A DNA stretch of 56,742 nt, the filler included, from Platydemus manokwari (lineage: Eukaryota), in NCBI GenBank assembly GCA_037951405.1. It is 5 parts of 5 records of this genome, joined end to end, with 100 filler letters (N's around TTAATTAATTAA, not from the genome) between each part and the next. Parts side by side here need not be neighbours in the genome. Positions count along the whole stretch, not along the records: positions 24,414 to 34,895 come from JBBMOY011130663.1; positions 34,996 to 46,333 come from JBBMOY010751092.1; 3 more parts are not named here. One strand, 5' to 3'. A program made the position numbers and the translations under genes. This document shows, piece after piece, positions 24,414 to 38,400 of this stretch (positions are counted from its first letter, which is position 1; each line of letters begins with the position of its first letter). The notes beneath the pieces are model-generated. The model saw only the letters and a list, made by a program, of their open reading frames with translations. It did no database searches and was not told the origin of the DNA.

Positions 24414-25059
24414 ATGTATCAAATCAACAAACCATTTTTCTTATGGCCAGTGACATCTGTTACAAAAACCGGAAAGGAATTACCGACACATCTGGTATAG
24501 TTAAGAGCTGATTTGCAGATTTTTGATTATATTATAATTATCTATTGTACAATTGACATTTTATAGTTCAGAAGTTATTCAACAAATTGTTTTTGTTGTA
24601 ACAATATTAAATTTTTCGGTCAAATTTTTCATTTATTAACTGATATGAATTTTTTAGTTTGGGCGCATTTTCCTGTGATTATAATGCCGCATTAGATTTA
24701 TCAACGTAAGAATCATTGTTCCTTTGCTTTTGGTGTTATATATTGCTTGAGTATTGCATTTCATAACCGATTCATCAATACTAACCAACATTTAACTAAA
24801 AATCTAGAATCGATAATTTCGATCTAGATCATTGTATCATTAAATAACATGGAATAAACAATTTCCGGCAATTTGTAAAGCAATTAAACTTTCTAATGTG
24901 AGACGACACAACATGGTAATTGTAAGTACAATATGCCGTATTAGATGATATGAAGCTAATATTTTATTTAAGTTATTTATTATTCTAATAATTATTATTT
25001 CCTTTTAACCTTGGCTTGCATAACCTATAACCTGTTTAATAATTATGAATTACTATATA

Positions 25060-25262
25060 TTAAGTGCCCCACGATGAAACCATTCAATAATAAATCTAAT
25101 GGAATCCATTGAAAATAGAATTTGCGACACATTCCATGACATTGATGAGGGACTTTGTGAGAAGCGTAATCCGTCTTTGTATTAATATAAACGGGGTTCA
25201 TTTTGAAAATGAATTTTGATAGTGAAAATCTAAAGTGGTTTCTTGGTGAGACACCTTGTATA
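25060..25262 (+). mobile_element. 3' fragment of a Tc1/mariner-superfamily transposon
   Basis: Transposase C-terminus VIRLCININGVHFENEF* (cf. RLxxCIxxxGGHFE) followed by a TIR whose reverse complement is TA-CAAGGTGTCTCACCAAGAAA. Confidence 0.6.
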
Positions 25263-26400
25263 TACAGTCGATGGATGAAAATCCGATTTATATTCCTTAG
25301 TGACTATAATATTAAATTCATACTCTGGTATAAAGCATCTCTTATATATCAATCAGATAAAGCTGATCTTTTTTCTATCCTTTATTTAAGTATTAATTTT
25401 TTGCTCGATTTCTCAAATTTACGTGGCATTTAAGATTTCTAAAAACACATTTATTTAGAGAATTAAATTTTCTTTTTAATGTAAATTCGATATTTCATAT
25501 TATAAATTGTAACGAACTTGTACACCAATTAATATTAATATCAGCTCATCATTTAATCATGATTTATCTGATCTTTGAAAGATTTTCAGATATTACTTTT
25601 AAGCGATTTTGTTTTGTAATTTTTTTTTTAATATTTCATTTTATATACAGCTTTAGTGAATCACAGCAAATAATCTCTTAATTCACCTTGTTAATTATTT
25701 TTTGCTATGAACTTAAATTCACCACATTAATTGGTATCTGATTCGCAAGTACGTCACACCATTGATTATGCCATACATTGTTCGTAAAGTGAAAATTCAT
25801 AAATGCATACAGGAGAATAATATAATATAATTCTAATCTTTTTGGACTCTAAGTCGTAGAACAATGAAAATATTATATTTACTTGCTGCAATTTATTTAT
25901 ATTTTTTTCAATATAATTTTCTCTTGATCTTTTCATCAAAGACTTTAAGTGGTGCTTATAATGCGATAAATATTGATTTTGAGGGAAAAAATTCACTATT
26001 ATATCAAATATGCAATGGTAAAATTTCTTTGAATTTTAATATTTCGTTGAGTGAGAATATGTGTTTATTGATTGAGTTGTCCAGATTTATTAATCTCGAG
26101 TAATATTAGTGATTTTTTTGTGGTATTAAAGCCTTAAAATCTTTTTATAATCCTTCTATTTCATTATATAACGTATGATAACATTAAAATGATCTAAATT
26201 TAAAACTTCGATTATACGTGATATATTTATTCCAAAGTAACAAACATTTTAATTTGAAGAGAACTAGTTATTAGAAATAATATTTCATCATGCATTTATA
26301 TATTATGAATAACTTTACATCTTTATAAAAATTATTATTAAAAGCATGGCATTGTTGTTAGTTGTTTGCATGTGTTTGTCTTTTATTCATGTGCATGTAG

Positions 26401-28064
26401 ATGTTCTCAACCTGTGAGTTCGAATATCAATGCTCTCGCCTTACTTGCCGTAAATGAAAAATTGGGACGTGAAGGCCCTCCTAATCATTTTAACCGAAAC
26501 AATCCATTACGGATGACTGCTGGACCACGATTATTAGCAAGCGGTAATAATAAGCTTAAACCAGCAGAGTAAGTGTTTTTTTTTTCATTTTTCAAACTTT
26601 GCATGTGCTCTTCGATATCGGTTTTATATTACGAAATAAAATTTCTTTGCATCTATTTTAAAATTGCATTTGCATGTAGCATTTTTATGTGTATATGAAA
26701 TGCCTGTGTGGTGGTATTTGGCATGATCCACTTTATCAATCGAATCATATTTGACAGAGATCCACGTTATGATTATGATTCATCAGGCTCAAAAATGTCG
26801 TTATTATTATTCTGACATTGATTTCATCTAATAGTGGAAAATGTGAAAATCAACACTTGTGTTGTTGAGTTGTCATCGTTGATTTGTTAATGGCACAAAT
26901 TTGGTGATATATGGTGGTATTCAATTGCATATGGTAATTATTCAACGATATGCCGTTTCTATGATATTAAAGTGCATTAATCAATGTATCACTATAAATG
27001 ATTTGCCAGTTTTCGATCGACAAAAATTATTTATTCCAGTATTAACGTTTTATGAAATACAAATTGTTTTTTTTTGTTTCTCAGAGCTGCAGTTCAGAGA
27101 GTTTTATCTCTCTCGAATCCGAATCTACAGGCAAATACTTTGCTCCCTTCGAAGAGGTTTGATCTTTTTATCATTGCGCCAGCGATATTTATAAAAAATT
27201 TAACATAAGTTTTGCTTATACAACAAATTATATTATAATTTCGCATTTCAATTTAATTAAATGGAACACATTGTTTTGATTTGAATTGTAGCATTTGAGA
27301 TTTTTTTGTCTATTAACAATTCTATCATCATTTTTATTTTTGGTTTTATTCATTGTTTATATATTCAGTGATTTCAAATTATGGTCAAAGGATCATGTGT
27401 GCGCTTTTTTACATCAGATTGGACTTGGATCGTATGCGAACAATTGTCGAAAATGGTTGTCTAGTGGCCTTCAGTTGGTAGAAGCAACGAAAAAGGAAAT
27501 TGAAAAGGTTTTGTATTGGTTGTTGTGCTTATAAGACGATGATTATTGTATGGAATATTTCTAACCACTTATCTCTCTCCCTTATTACGTAAAAATCATT
27601 TCAATGTATATCTATTAATCAACGTCATATATGTCTATAAATAAGTTCAAACTTCATGTTGATACCAAATAAGATTGGTTTATAAATAAATAAATTTAGA
27701 AACTGTAATATATCTAATCGTTAAATTGTTATCATATCAAATTTTCTGTAAATGTATTTTTAATTGAATGATTTTTGAACTCTTTAACTATTAATTTAAT
27801 TATTAACGTGTTAATTACATCTAAATTTTATTTTAAAAACTTGTCATTTTATAACATTTTTTTTTCAATTAATACTACAACGTTCTCCTCAATGACAAAA
27901 GGTCAGTCAATCCTGTCTTTGATAACTCTAGGCTCTGCTTAACATATAATTTTATTTGAGAATAAATGAACGATTCTGATTGTGTCCTTATCAATAGGTT
28001 TATCATCATAAAATATGAAATTATAGTTTTTTGTCTGCAAACTAGTATTCAAACCAGGAATTTA

Positions 28065-28134
<70 letters not shown>

Positions 28135-31100
28135 TTGTCATCCTAAGAAGTCCAAGAATATCGATGTCACTGTATTATGAATTACTAAGGAAAAGAAAAG
28201 AAGTTTTTTTAATATTTGAATATGAATGACTGTCTGTTGAGGTTTTTTCAAAAGTAGGTTGTTCTTGTACTAAAATATTGAATAAAATCAAACTATAATA
28301 AATTACATTTCGATAAATACTTGACATGAGCCATAGATAATTCTAAAATCTTGCTTTTTATTAATAATTTATTCTAATCATTGTCATATTATTGAAACAC
28401 ATGGCATGTAAAGATTAGCATCATTTTGTGACAAACATTACTCAACTACTTCATATATAAAGTAGATGTTTCCTGCTCTTCAGATGTTTACTGATTTGAT
28501 TTTAATGGATTGATGTGTTTCCCAATTTGGAAAATCATTTGATAATTTACGTTTATATTTTTAATAAAATACTAAATAATTATCATTAAGGTTACGATAA
28601 AAAATTTATTAGGTATTCTCATTGATTTTTAACATTTTCATATCGATTCGTTAGAATTAAGTCTTGTCTAATAGACTAATATATGAAAATAAATAATGAA
28701 ATTACAGCACAAATTTGATATTTCGCTTGTATATAATGCACATTGCATATCGTGTTTACATATCTGCAGAGTTGATAGATTGTTTTACAAGCTGTGATAA
28801 AATCGGTCCAAATTGTTAACGATTAATGATACATGGCTTATATGTATCAATAAATAAGGAGTATCAATATTTAATAAATGATTCACATTTTTTTAACAGG
28901 AGCTCAATATTGCAAACAAAATACATTTGAAAAAGTTGCTGATACACATTCGACAATTAACATCAATGCATGTCACTGCTGCCACTTATTTCAGTTTAAT
29001 AAGACCGAAATTGAAAATAGCAGCAAATTTTAATACTCGTCTGTGGCTTGATGATATTGGATTGTTGCATTATATGAGTCTTTTCACATCAAATTGTATT
29101 GATGGATACATGTTGGATCAATTGACTCTCGTAACATATTTTGATGCCATTATGTATTAGGTATTTAGATATATGATTTGTAGGAAGATCTACAGCATTT
29201 AAAAATATCTAATGAACTACATGTTCTCAGTTTGAAAAGAGGAATACAGTTGTTGCGTGAGATAGATTACGATCTTTCGTTATTGATTAGAAGACCGGCA
29301 GAAAACACATTTAGCACATTCTTAGATAACGGTAGTAACAGTAACCTCGAAGTGACTTGTAGTGTTCATCCAGGTGAGGTTTGTCGTTGGACTCAACACC
29401 AAGTCATGGAATGGTTGAGACGTATCGAGCTTCCAGAATATGCATCTAATATCCGGGGTAGTGGAATACACGGTGCTCTTATTGTACGATTTCGTTCTTC
29501 GATGCTTTGATTTATCTGATCGCCTAGATACTCGAAGACAGGTTTAACGCCAGTTCTCTGGCATCAGTACTTAATATACCTCAAAACAGATCACTTTTAC
29601 GTCGACACCTTCAAACTAAATTCCAAGAATTGGTTGGACCGCAAATTTTAGCAAGAAAGAAAAGAGCTTCAGAAAATCCAGAATTAAGTCCAGTGACGAT
29701 AACATCCAAAATGAAAGTTGGAAAACGATTTATCGCATTGTTTTGTTTTTATTAAAGATTTTAGTACCATAGGAAAAAGAGCTTTTTCAATGTCATCAAG
29801 AGAAAACCAAGTGTCGAAGTCTCTGAAGAACTTCTAGTCCCTTATACTCTGAAAATTGAAGATTTGGATCTTAAGGTAATTTTTCATTGTTTATAATAAG
29901 GCTCCTTTATATTCTGTGTTTATATTTATGTTTTGTTATTTCACAGCTAGATAGCCATAAAAATATTTTTCATGGAAAAATGAAAGAAAATTTGATTAAT
30001 TATCGATTTTTCTTAAAAAAAATATCAATTTTAAAGAAAAACTTGATAAATTGTTGTGGTTCTGAATAAATTTTATATCAAATCATTATCTATAAACTTG
30101 GAGATGAATCTGATATTTGTACAAGAAATCTTTCCAATATCCGTTCATTTGTCATAGTTATGATATATTTCTCTGGAATTTTAATAATAATAATTGTGCT
30201 AATTTCAATTGATTTATAGATATTTGTATGTTTTTACCAGATATTTTATCATATTATATTGGATGAATTATTTCATGAGAATTTATTGAAAAATGAAAAC
30301 ATATTCAACAGCAATGTGGTCATGTAAAAATTATGAATTGTATTGATAAAATGAGATAAATTGTGTTGAAAACATTCCAAAATTATTAAGATTTACTCAA
30401 GAGGAACAATTGTAACAAGTGTTCATTTGTTGGACAGTTTTCAATGCCGCCTAATATTGGATTTAGAATATCAGTATTGATTGATTTTATAAACATCGAT
30501 AATAATGTTTGTGTTGTAGACATAGACAACATATGACATGGAAATGTGCTACATTAATGCCATCAATATTATGAAAATTTGATTGAATATATATATATAT
30601 ATATAATGATGCTTAATAATTATTTAAATTTATTTTGGAACCTTTTATTTTGTGATACTGTGACAGATATGTGATGACATGACAACTGGTTTACGAAATT
30701 TAAGTTTATTAGACTATTACATACATGAATACTGCCAGTGGAATTTTTATAAGCGTGGCCCGGTTCGGTTTTGATGAATCGAAATGATAATCAGTGGTAC
30801 CAATTGATCAATCCACCAACATGAGATTGTCGAAATTATAACATTTTAGTAACAATATTCTAATCATCGTTTAAGAAGTCCACCCACTGCATATTACGGA
30901 TAATGCTAGTCGTCTCATGTTACTACTATGGCGCTTTGTACCAAAGTGCTGTACTATCTGATTATATGTCGTGATTTGTAAATAATGTATCTTAGCATCA
31001 ACAAATAACGCGCGATTGTTCTAAATACGCAACCCATGTTGAAAACAATTTTATTTAAGATTGTCATTAAATTCATTTGATAAATTATCATTATTATTAA

Positions 31101-31755
31101 ATTCATTTCTCTGTTCTATGATTATTGTTATTATAATAATTTTATCGTTATTATTAATTATTATTAATAATTGTAATTGTTATATCGTAAATGTTTCTAC
31201 TCACCAATAGCACATATCTATTCGCATTCGCGACAATTTTACTCACAGTTTGACTATAGCTATCTGATTCAATTGAATTTTATCAGCATATGTTTCACAA
31301 TAATTGTTTCCATGCTTTAATTATTATGAATACTGTAATGATTTTTGATAGCCTCACGAATTATGATAATATTGTTATCATAATTATTATTCTGATGACA
31401 TTATTTAATATCAGTTTAATCTCCTTGGAATTTATGAAATTAAAAATGTCTAGTTATGTAATATTTTTTTAATATTATTAAATTTATAATAAAAATATTA
31501 TCGATTATTATTATTATTGTGATCTGAAATTCTTATAAATAATGTTTTATTTAATAAATCGATAATCTAACGAGTTTGGAGAGATTTTTATGTTTGCATT
31601 TTTCAGTTGAATCAGGAAACCTCATCAGCATACAACACAGATAAAGAATCGGTCAGTATTGGAATTATTATCATCAATAAATAATATATTTATAAATTTA
31701 GTTGCATACAAATGCTTTACCACACACCGAATCGAATTCATTGCTCATTGAATGA
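26401..31755 (+). CDS. PPFIBP1: Liprin-beta (PPFIBP family), 3' portion with three SAM domains; 5' coiled-coil exons outside contig
   Basis: Exons 26401-26568, 27085-27156, 27369-27507, 28900-29130, 29184-29483, 29528-29716, 29765-29875, then probably 31607-31651 and 31702-31755. Motifs: LRMTAGPRL (liprin-beta RATAGPRL); SAM1 FKLWSKDHVCAFLHQIGLGSY..KWLSSG..EIEKELNI..HLKKL; SAM2 WLDDIGL..IDGYML..LKRGIQLLR; SAM3 WTQHQVMEWLRRIELPEYASNIRGSGIHGALIILEDRFN..LLRRHL. Terminal exons uncertain; invertebrate co-orthologue of PPFIBP1/2. Confidence 0.9.
28065..28133 (+). repeat. (AAT)23 microsatellite, intronic
   Basis: Perfect trinucleotide tract. Confidence 0.97.
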
Positions 31756-34700
31756 TGATGATGATGATAAATGATGCTGATTGTGTCATGTTTATTTCAT
31801 TTATTTTCACACTGTATTATTTGAGTCTAAATTGATTGTTATATGGTTAATAGCTCAACCTTTTATATGTTATATTTATTTGTTTTTTTGTGAATACATA
31901 CCATTTATTTTGCAGGTTTTTGTTATTAGAATGAATTATTTTTGTTTATTTTTCGTTTTTTTTATTTCATTAATTTTAGAAACGATTACAATTTATAAAA
32001 ATAATTTTTATATATTTTTGGTTATTGAGCCAACATAATGATTAATTTTCAGTTATTAAAATTGATATTTGAAGAATATTGATTGGGTAATCAATATTGT
32101 TTCGAGAATCATTCAACATAAATGTCTGCATATTCCAGATCAGTGTAATGAAAAATATTTTACGAATATAAAAATGTTAGGTGTTGGTTATAAATCGATA
32201 TCTTAAGCAATTGTCAACAACATTCATAATATAAACTCCTATAGATGTTGAAATTGTTGAGATTCTACAGCCTATAAAAATGATTTTATAATGATAATAC
32301 AGTATAAATTAGAAAATCAAATAATATATGAACAATTTAAATATGTACATTGATAAGATATGTTCAATCAGCAACGAATAACAAATAATTTTAAGCAACT
32401 AAATGATTATATCATACAAATAGGTGAATAAAAAGAGTATTTCTAATATTGATAAAAATCCTTTTGGAACCAAAGAAATTATGTACCTTAAAGAGGGAAT
32501 CTTATAGATGAAGTAAAACCATATGGTCATGGAAACGGCTAAAATTGTAATTTATTTTGGCCATGAACTACCCATAAGATTCAAAATAATTAATTAAATT
32601 TAATGTTGCATTGTAACTAATGTTTTCAATTTTTTGTCATAAAATTGTTTCAGTATTGTGCGAATTATTGATTAAATAGTTTATTTTGTTTAACTCAAAT
32701 ATTTTGTTTCTATAATTGGAATCATTTGTTACCATTTTTCGTCTTATTTTTAATTTTGGTAATAACTTGATTTATTCGGCAACATCAGTTTCAATTTTTG
32801 TCTTTATATTTACTTTTCATACCGAATGTTATTATTTATGTTTTACTTGGTCAATTGACATGTTATTGCCCAAACAAATTAGATAAGCATATTAAACATT
32901 TATTGTTCTGGTTTTCGGACATTGAAAATTTTATAGACTTTTTTATTTGTTTTCTGATTTATATTTTATATTTAAAATATTTTAGATATCGATATCTATT
33001 GAGGACTTATTAACATTTATCGCAGGAAATAATAAGGCGCTCATAAATTAGTCAAAACGTTTCTTTTATAAAGGATCTGCAAATATTAGTCCCTTCAGAA
33101 ATAATTCACGGTGACAAGTTAGACCTTGGGTGGTTTCAGGAATAATAAATCAATTAAGAACAACCAACAGTTGTTTGATTAATCTTGAAATTGGTTGCGT
33201 TTTCCTTTTATCAGGATTATTTTTTGAGAGCATTTTAAAAAGTTAAACAAAAATAATTATAGTTCTTTAGGATTATAAAGTAATATCAAAGCCTTTACCC
33301 AAAAGGAGAATAATAAATTATGAATTATATTTGATAGCGTCTACAGAGGATTTATTGATTTATAGAAGGTTTATGTTCTTGTTTTTATAATGAAATTAAA
33401 AGTGGCCTCAACAAAAGAAACAATTAAATATTTTCGATAATACAAGAGCAACAATAATTTGATTTTAAATCTACACGTTTTAATTGCTTCTTTTTAAAAT
33501 TTTGTCTGTTCAAGCGATTTCTACCCACTCTATCAATTCTTAGATCTTAATATGAACAAAGCCTGGACTATAATTGTAAGGCAAACAATACAATATGCTA
33601 ATGAGAATTTGGATTTTAGTCTGAGCTATTTGAATTATAAAATATATTTTATTACTAATTCGAAAAATAACCACAATTTTAACGCTATTATTATTTAAAA
33701 TAATTATATTACTACAGAAATAATAATTATTATTACTATTAGCAGATCTAACGATTATGATATTAGAAGCTTGTTGTGACATTGTTCTTGAAATTACTTT
33801 CGATTTACTACTATATTAATTTTGCATAGCTGAGTTCATTATTTATCTAAATCATTCATGATTATGCTAGTTAGAAAAATGTTAGATAATTAAAAATGAC
33901 ACCTATAAGTGTTTACAGAATTAGAATAGAATATCTACCTCATATTAATAAAAATAGATGGTCTTTGTTAAATGAATATATGCATTATGTTCTATTTTAT
34001 GTTGTTATGCTGCACATTTCTTATTTTCGGTGTTGCTAATTATAAATATGTTTGTTTTTGTCTTTTAATTCATTTATTATTAATTAATAGTTAATAGTTT
34101 TAAAACACTATTCGTGGAAATTAAAGGGAACTGATTTGATTTATTTTATATTAAAAATTTATTAACAATGATTCGACTATTTTTTATAACTTATAGTTGA
34201 GTAAATAATTGATGTTTTCATGAAAGATATGACAACTAACAGATGATTAGAAATGTGATGATTAGAAACATAATGAACAATATAATAATTTTATTCGCTA
34301 TACTGCAAATTAATAAACGTGTAATGTATAATATTAAAAGTAAGAAGTGTTTTAACCTGAAGGCAAATGAAAAATTGGCAAAGGAAACTAAGTACCACCT
34401 TACTTCGATATAAAAAATGGTAGATATGTTCAGGTTCCGACAAATTCCCCTTGAACTTTGTGGAAAAATGACTTTGAAATTTGTAAATAATCTCTAATTT
34501 TTTATGATATTGTTCGATTATTGCTTTTATTGTTTCTTAATAATTTCATTATCAATGTGAGGATTAATTAAAATAATTAAAAAAAATAACTTTTAAAACA
34601 TTTTGAAATTTAATATTTTTATATAAAATACTCTAAAAGAATTTAAAAAGTTTTGAAATGTTTTAAAAATGTTATAAGTAGAATTTTCAAAATGTTATAA

Positions 34701-34895
34701 TTAAAATTTTTATATATTTAAAATATTTATATTTATATAATCCTGATCAAGGTAAATATTAAATGATAAAGCTTTCCAAATTTGTTTGAATAATGTTTAT
34801 TTTTTTTAATTTAAAAAGTTGTGAAAATCCTAATCATGAGTTCTTTTGATGCAACACCAGTAACAAACGAAGTAGCTGCTACTAACATGGCGAAC

Positions 34896-34995
34896 NNNNN
34901 NNNNNNNNNNNNNNNNNNNNNNNNNNNNNNNNNNNNNNNTTAATTAATTAANNNNNNNNNNNNNNNNNNNNNNNNNNNNNNNNNNNNNNNNNNNN
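34896..34995. other. Artificial assembly spacer N44-TTAATTAATTAA-N44
   Basis: Same 100-nt spacer. Confidence 0.97.
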
Positions 34996-35072
34996 GAGCC
35001 GAACGTCGCCGGTTGTCGTAAAGGATCCATTTCTCGTCACACGTTACAATTCGATCAAGGAAAGGATCATTT
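34996..35072 (-). mobile_element. Cecropia-subfamily mariner transposase fragment (Hsmar1/Dtmar1-like), cut by spacer
   Basis: Minus strand reads NDPFLDRIVTCDEKWILYDNRRRSA, the first catalytic-Asp motif. Confidence 0.88.
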
Positions 35073-35079
35073 GATTGTT

Positions 35080-36230
35080 TTATTCCACTTGTTCAATTAT
35101 TAACCTTGCATCTATTTAGAAACACTTGAAATTAAGTTGATCTGGTGAGAAGAAATTTATTGGAATTATTTTCTCTTTTATTATTTCAATTCCTTTTTAC
35201 TTGGTGATCTCCGAATAATGATACAATGAACATTAGTAGTAGAATGATAGTCGATTTTTTTTAATTAAAAAATGTAATGACAGCAACCTATCAAAGTAAA
35301 ATGGGCCTACGGAACTTTTGATTTACAATAAAATAAAATTTGTTTGGTACCACGGTGATCTGTTTATCTTCCTTCCAAATATAACTTCGGCCGGACTAAC
35401 ATCAATTGTTTTTTGTACTGTGGCGTCAATGTATATTCGATTTCTTATATAATTGAAACCCAATTTGTGTGTTGCCTATCCTTCACCGTCACATTTATGT
35501 AATCTCTTATCGTTCTAAATTGTCGCTCAATCAATTTACTTGTATTATGGTGATATGGACTGGAAAATATTATATCTATTCCCATTCTAAAAGCCATCTC
35601 TTTATATATCTGCAAAATTGGTTTATAATGCGTACTAAATATTTTTCTTCTCTAATCGATTTTTCCCATGGTTTGAATAGTTCGCCTGGTAATAACAATT
35701 TCGTTGTCTCTTTCGTTGGGCTAGTTAGCACTTTCGATTTTTGACACATCTCACATTTACTAATAACATCTTTAGTTATCTTTACCTAATCTTTCATATC
35801 GAAATTATTTCTTAAATATCGTGTTACTTTCTCAGTTCCTGCATGACACAACAACGTGTGAGTATATTCAATCATTTCTTTTCTTTTTATCGATGGCATC
35901 CAAATTTTGTGCTCTTTTATTTTTACTATTTCTTCCTCGAGTATGTAATGACCATTTCGAGTTTTTCCAATTCCGTTTTTAATCATATCTATTTCTTCAT
36001 TCTTTATTTGCCATTCTTTTCCTCCATTCTCTGTCATTATAGTCAATATTCTGGTTTACATTTTTCCTTTGCTTGGATTTTCATGTTTTGTTAAACATTG
36101 TGAACAGGTTTCACATGTGTTTCTTGATAGCATATCGGCATTTCTGTGATTAATACTTTTTCTAAATATCATGTTCATGTCCAAGCTTCTATCTTTTGAT
36201 AATCACTGACACAAAAATTGACATTGTTCT
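35080..36230 (-). mobile_element. Degenerate Ty3/gypsy pol (RNase H end, integrase zinc finger, integrase core)
   Basis: NADMLSR; HHCC finger WMPSIKRKEMIEYTHTLLCHAGTEKVTRYL...CEMCQKSK; DVSPAEVIFGRKINRSPW; interrupted by stops and deletions. Confidence 0.8.
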
Positions 36231-37799
36231 TGAGAGAAATTATCAAGTTCTTTTAGTTTAGATAGTTAATAACATTTGAAAAAGCAAATTGATTTTACCA
36301 TAACGAGACCTTTCAACAATTAACAACCAGAAAGTAGAAATCATCTTTTAATGATTATCAAATTTTATTTTATTATGATTCCAGCCGAAAGTCTATTTTA
36401 TTTATTAATAAAATCATTTACGCTGGTAAGTATTCTAGTTTTCTGATTATATTTCCCATGATGTTTCCCGATCCAATTTTGAATATTTTTCAGTCAAAAT
36501 TGATGAATTTTGCTCTTTTTAAAGTATGTGGATTTTCAATTTATCTTTTATGAAATATTTGTGAAATTCCGTATGATGGGATATCTCATGATGATTTCTG
36601 TCATATAAATCTGTCATATAATTTGTGGTCCTTGTATTATTATAGACCTCTGCATTTTTCGTGATACTAACCATCGGGAACGACTCGTTTGCTTGGTCAG
36701 CTGTTGAAAGGCTCTATAGAATTTGTTTGATCGGAAAGTACGTTCGTGAATTTTGTGAATGTTCGGTTTGAAATTTTTGATTATATGAAATTGTGATGAG
36801 TGTGATTTTATAAATTTTTTGAATTTCTTTATAGTTGACGTGTTTGTTTGTAGATAAATTTGTGTTAACGCTATTCAATTGCAATTCAACCAATACTAAA
36901 TAAAATATTATAAAATCAATTATTACAGTACAATATCAATAATCACAAATAATCATAAAATAAGAATTGTTATCAGTCAAAATAAAATATCTTGAGAATA
37001 TGGTTACAATACATGAATAGCCACTAATATGTCACATGAATTGTATACGCTGAATTGATAATTTTATCTCACTTATACCCACGTTTCTTATACTCTCACT
37101 CATTTTATTATCCTGTAATGCTATTAACCGATCCTTTCCATATTTGTCGTCGTCTGCAACGCCAAACTTACTTTATTTGTTTCATATAATCTTATATTTT
37201 TGAATTTCGGACAAGTTAATGATTTCGAAAAGTTGATTGATTTGCTGTAACTAAAGGTCTCTAATTTAATATTTACTAATATAATTGGTTTATAATCCTA
37301 TGGGCATAAATTTTCGTCAATAAATTGTTCAGTTGTAACTTTATTTATAATTTCTCTTAGCCATGCATGAAATGTTAAGAGAATCCAGTTATCTGAAATA
37401 ATAATTTAGATAAATCCAAAAAATGGTTTTACACGAATATTATCTCTCTGATGTCAGATCAATGATAATTTTTTCATTAAATTGATCTAAAATGAAGGCC
37501 TCAGAAATATTTTGATGCACCAGCCAATTTCCGATAGTTAGTGGTTTGTGAGTTTTATATATTCAAAGAAGAAGAGTGTTTGAGGAATAAAATTTTAATT
37601 CTTAAATTAATTCGATTTCTAATTTTAATGGAATCATTATAGCGATTGTGTAATCGATATTAAATAAAAATATGAACGTAATTGAAGTGCATGCTCGTCT
37701 CCTTACATTATCTGTTGTATGCGACTTACCACGCAAAAGATATTGATAATCTTCTACTTCACATACTTTTTACATCGATTAACGTGTACCACAATAGTT

Positions 37800-38400
37800 T
37801 AGGCATTTTTTTCACTTTTACTGGTTTTATTTTCAAGTTCGTTGGGGTTGTACCTCAAACAATATATGGGCCTTTAAATTATTTAATTTCGGAGACATCC
37901 CGCGGATAGTATCTGGTCTAAACTGATAAACTAAGACCCCTGTTTTAATTTTTTGTCCATTTGCCTTCTATTCATAAGCGACTTTACATTGTTCCTGCTT
38001 GTATTTTATTTTTTCTTATCCCTAAACAAAAAACCATATTTTCTAGAAACGCATAAGTGACTGTTTCTGCTATTTAATTTTTAATTACGAAGGCCTCCGG
38101 TCATTTTGTCATGTAATCGTAAAATACAAGTATATATTTATGAGCGCTTATAGTTTCCGGAAATGGTCCTTCTATGTTCATGGCTTTTATTTCCATAGGT
38201 GCAGAAGGATCTAGCATGGGTATCAATGTTGCTTTAATCTGTACTATAGTATTTCGTCTGGTTATACATATTTTGCAAGATTTACACCTGCATCTAACAT
38301 CCTGTTTCATTTTATCCCAAATTTGATTTAAGATTAGATAATGTCTTTCTAGGAGATAAATGACCACTTCATGAGCCGTCGTGATACTGCATGAGTTAAA
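37800..38400 (-). mobile_element. Degenerate Ty3/gypsy integrase
   Basis: IWDKMKQDVRCRCKSCKIC...PMEIKAMNIEGPFPETISAHKYILVFYDYMTK*PEAF...AETV, and a downstream KGPYIV (GPY/F) motif. Confidence 0.85.

Noticed and set aside
27966-28229. Poly-Asn ORF (also 46174-46389)
   Set aside because: Simply (AAT)n microsatellites read in frame; intronic or at a contig end.
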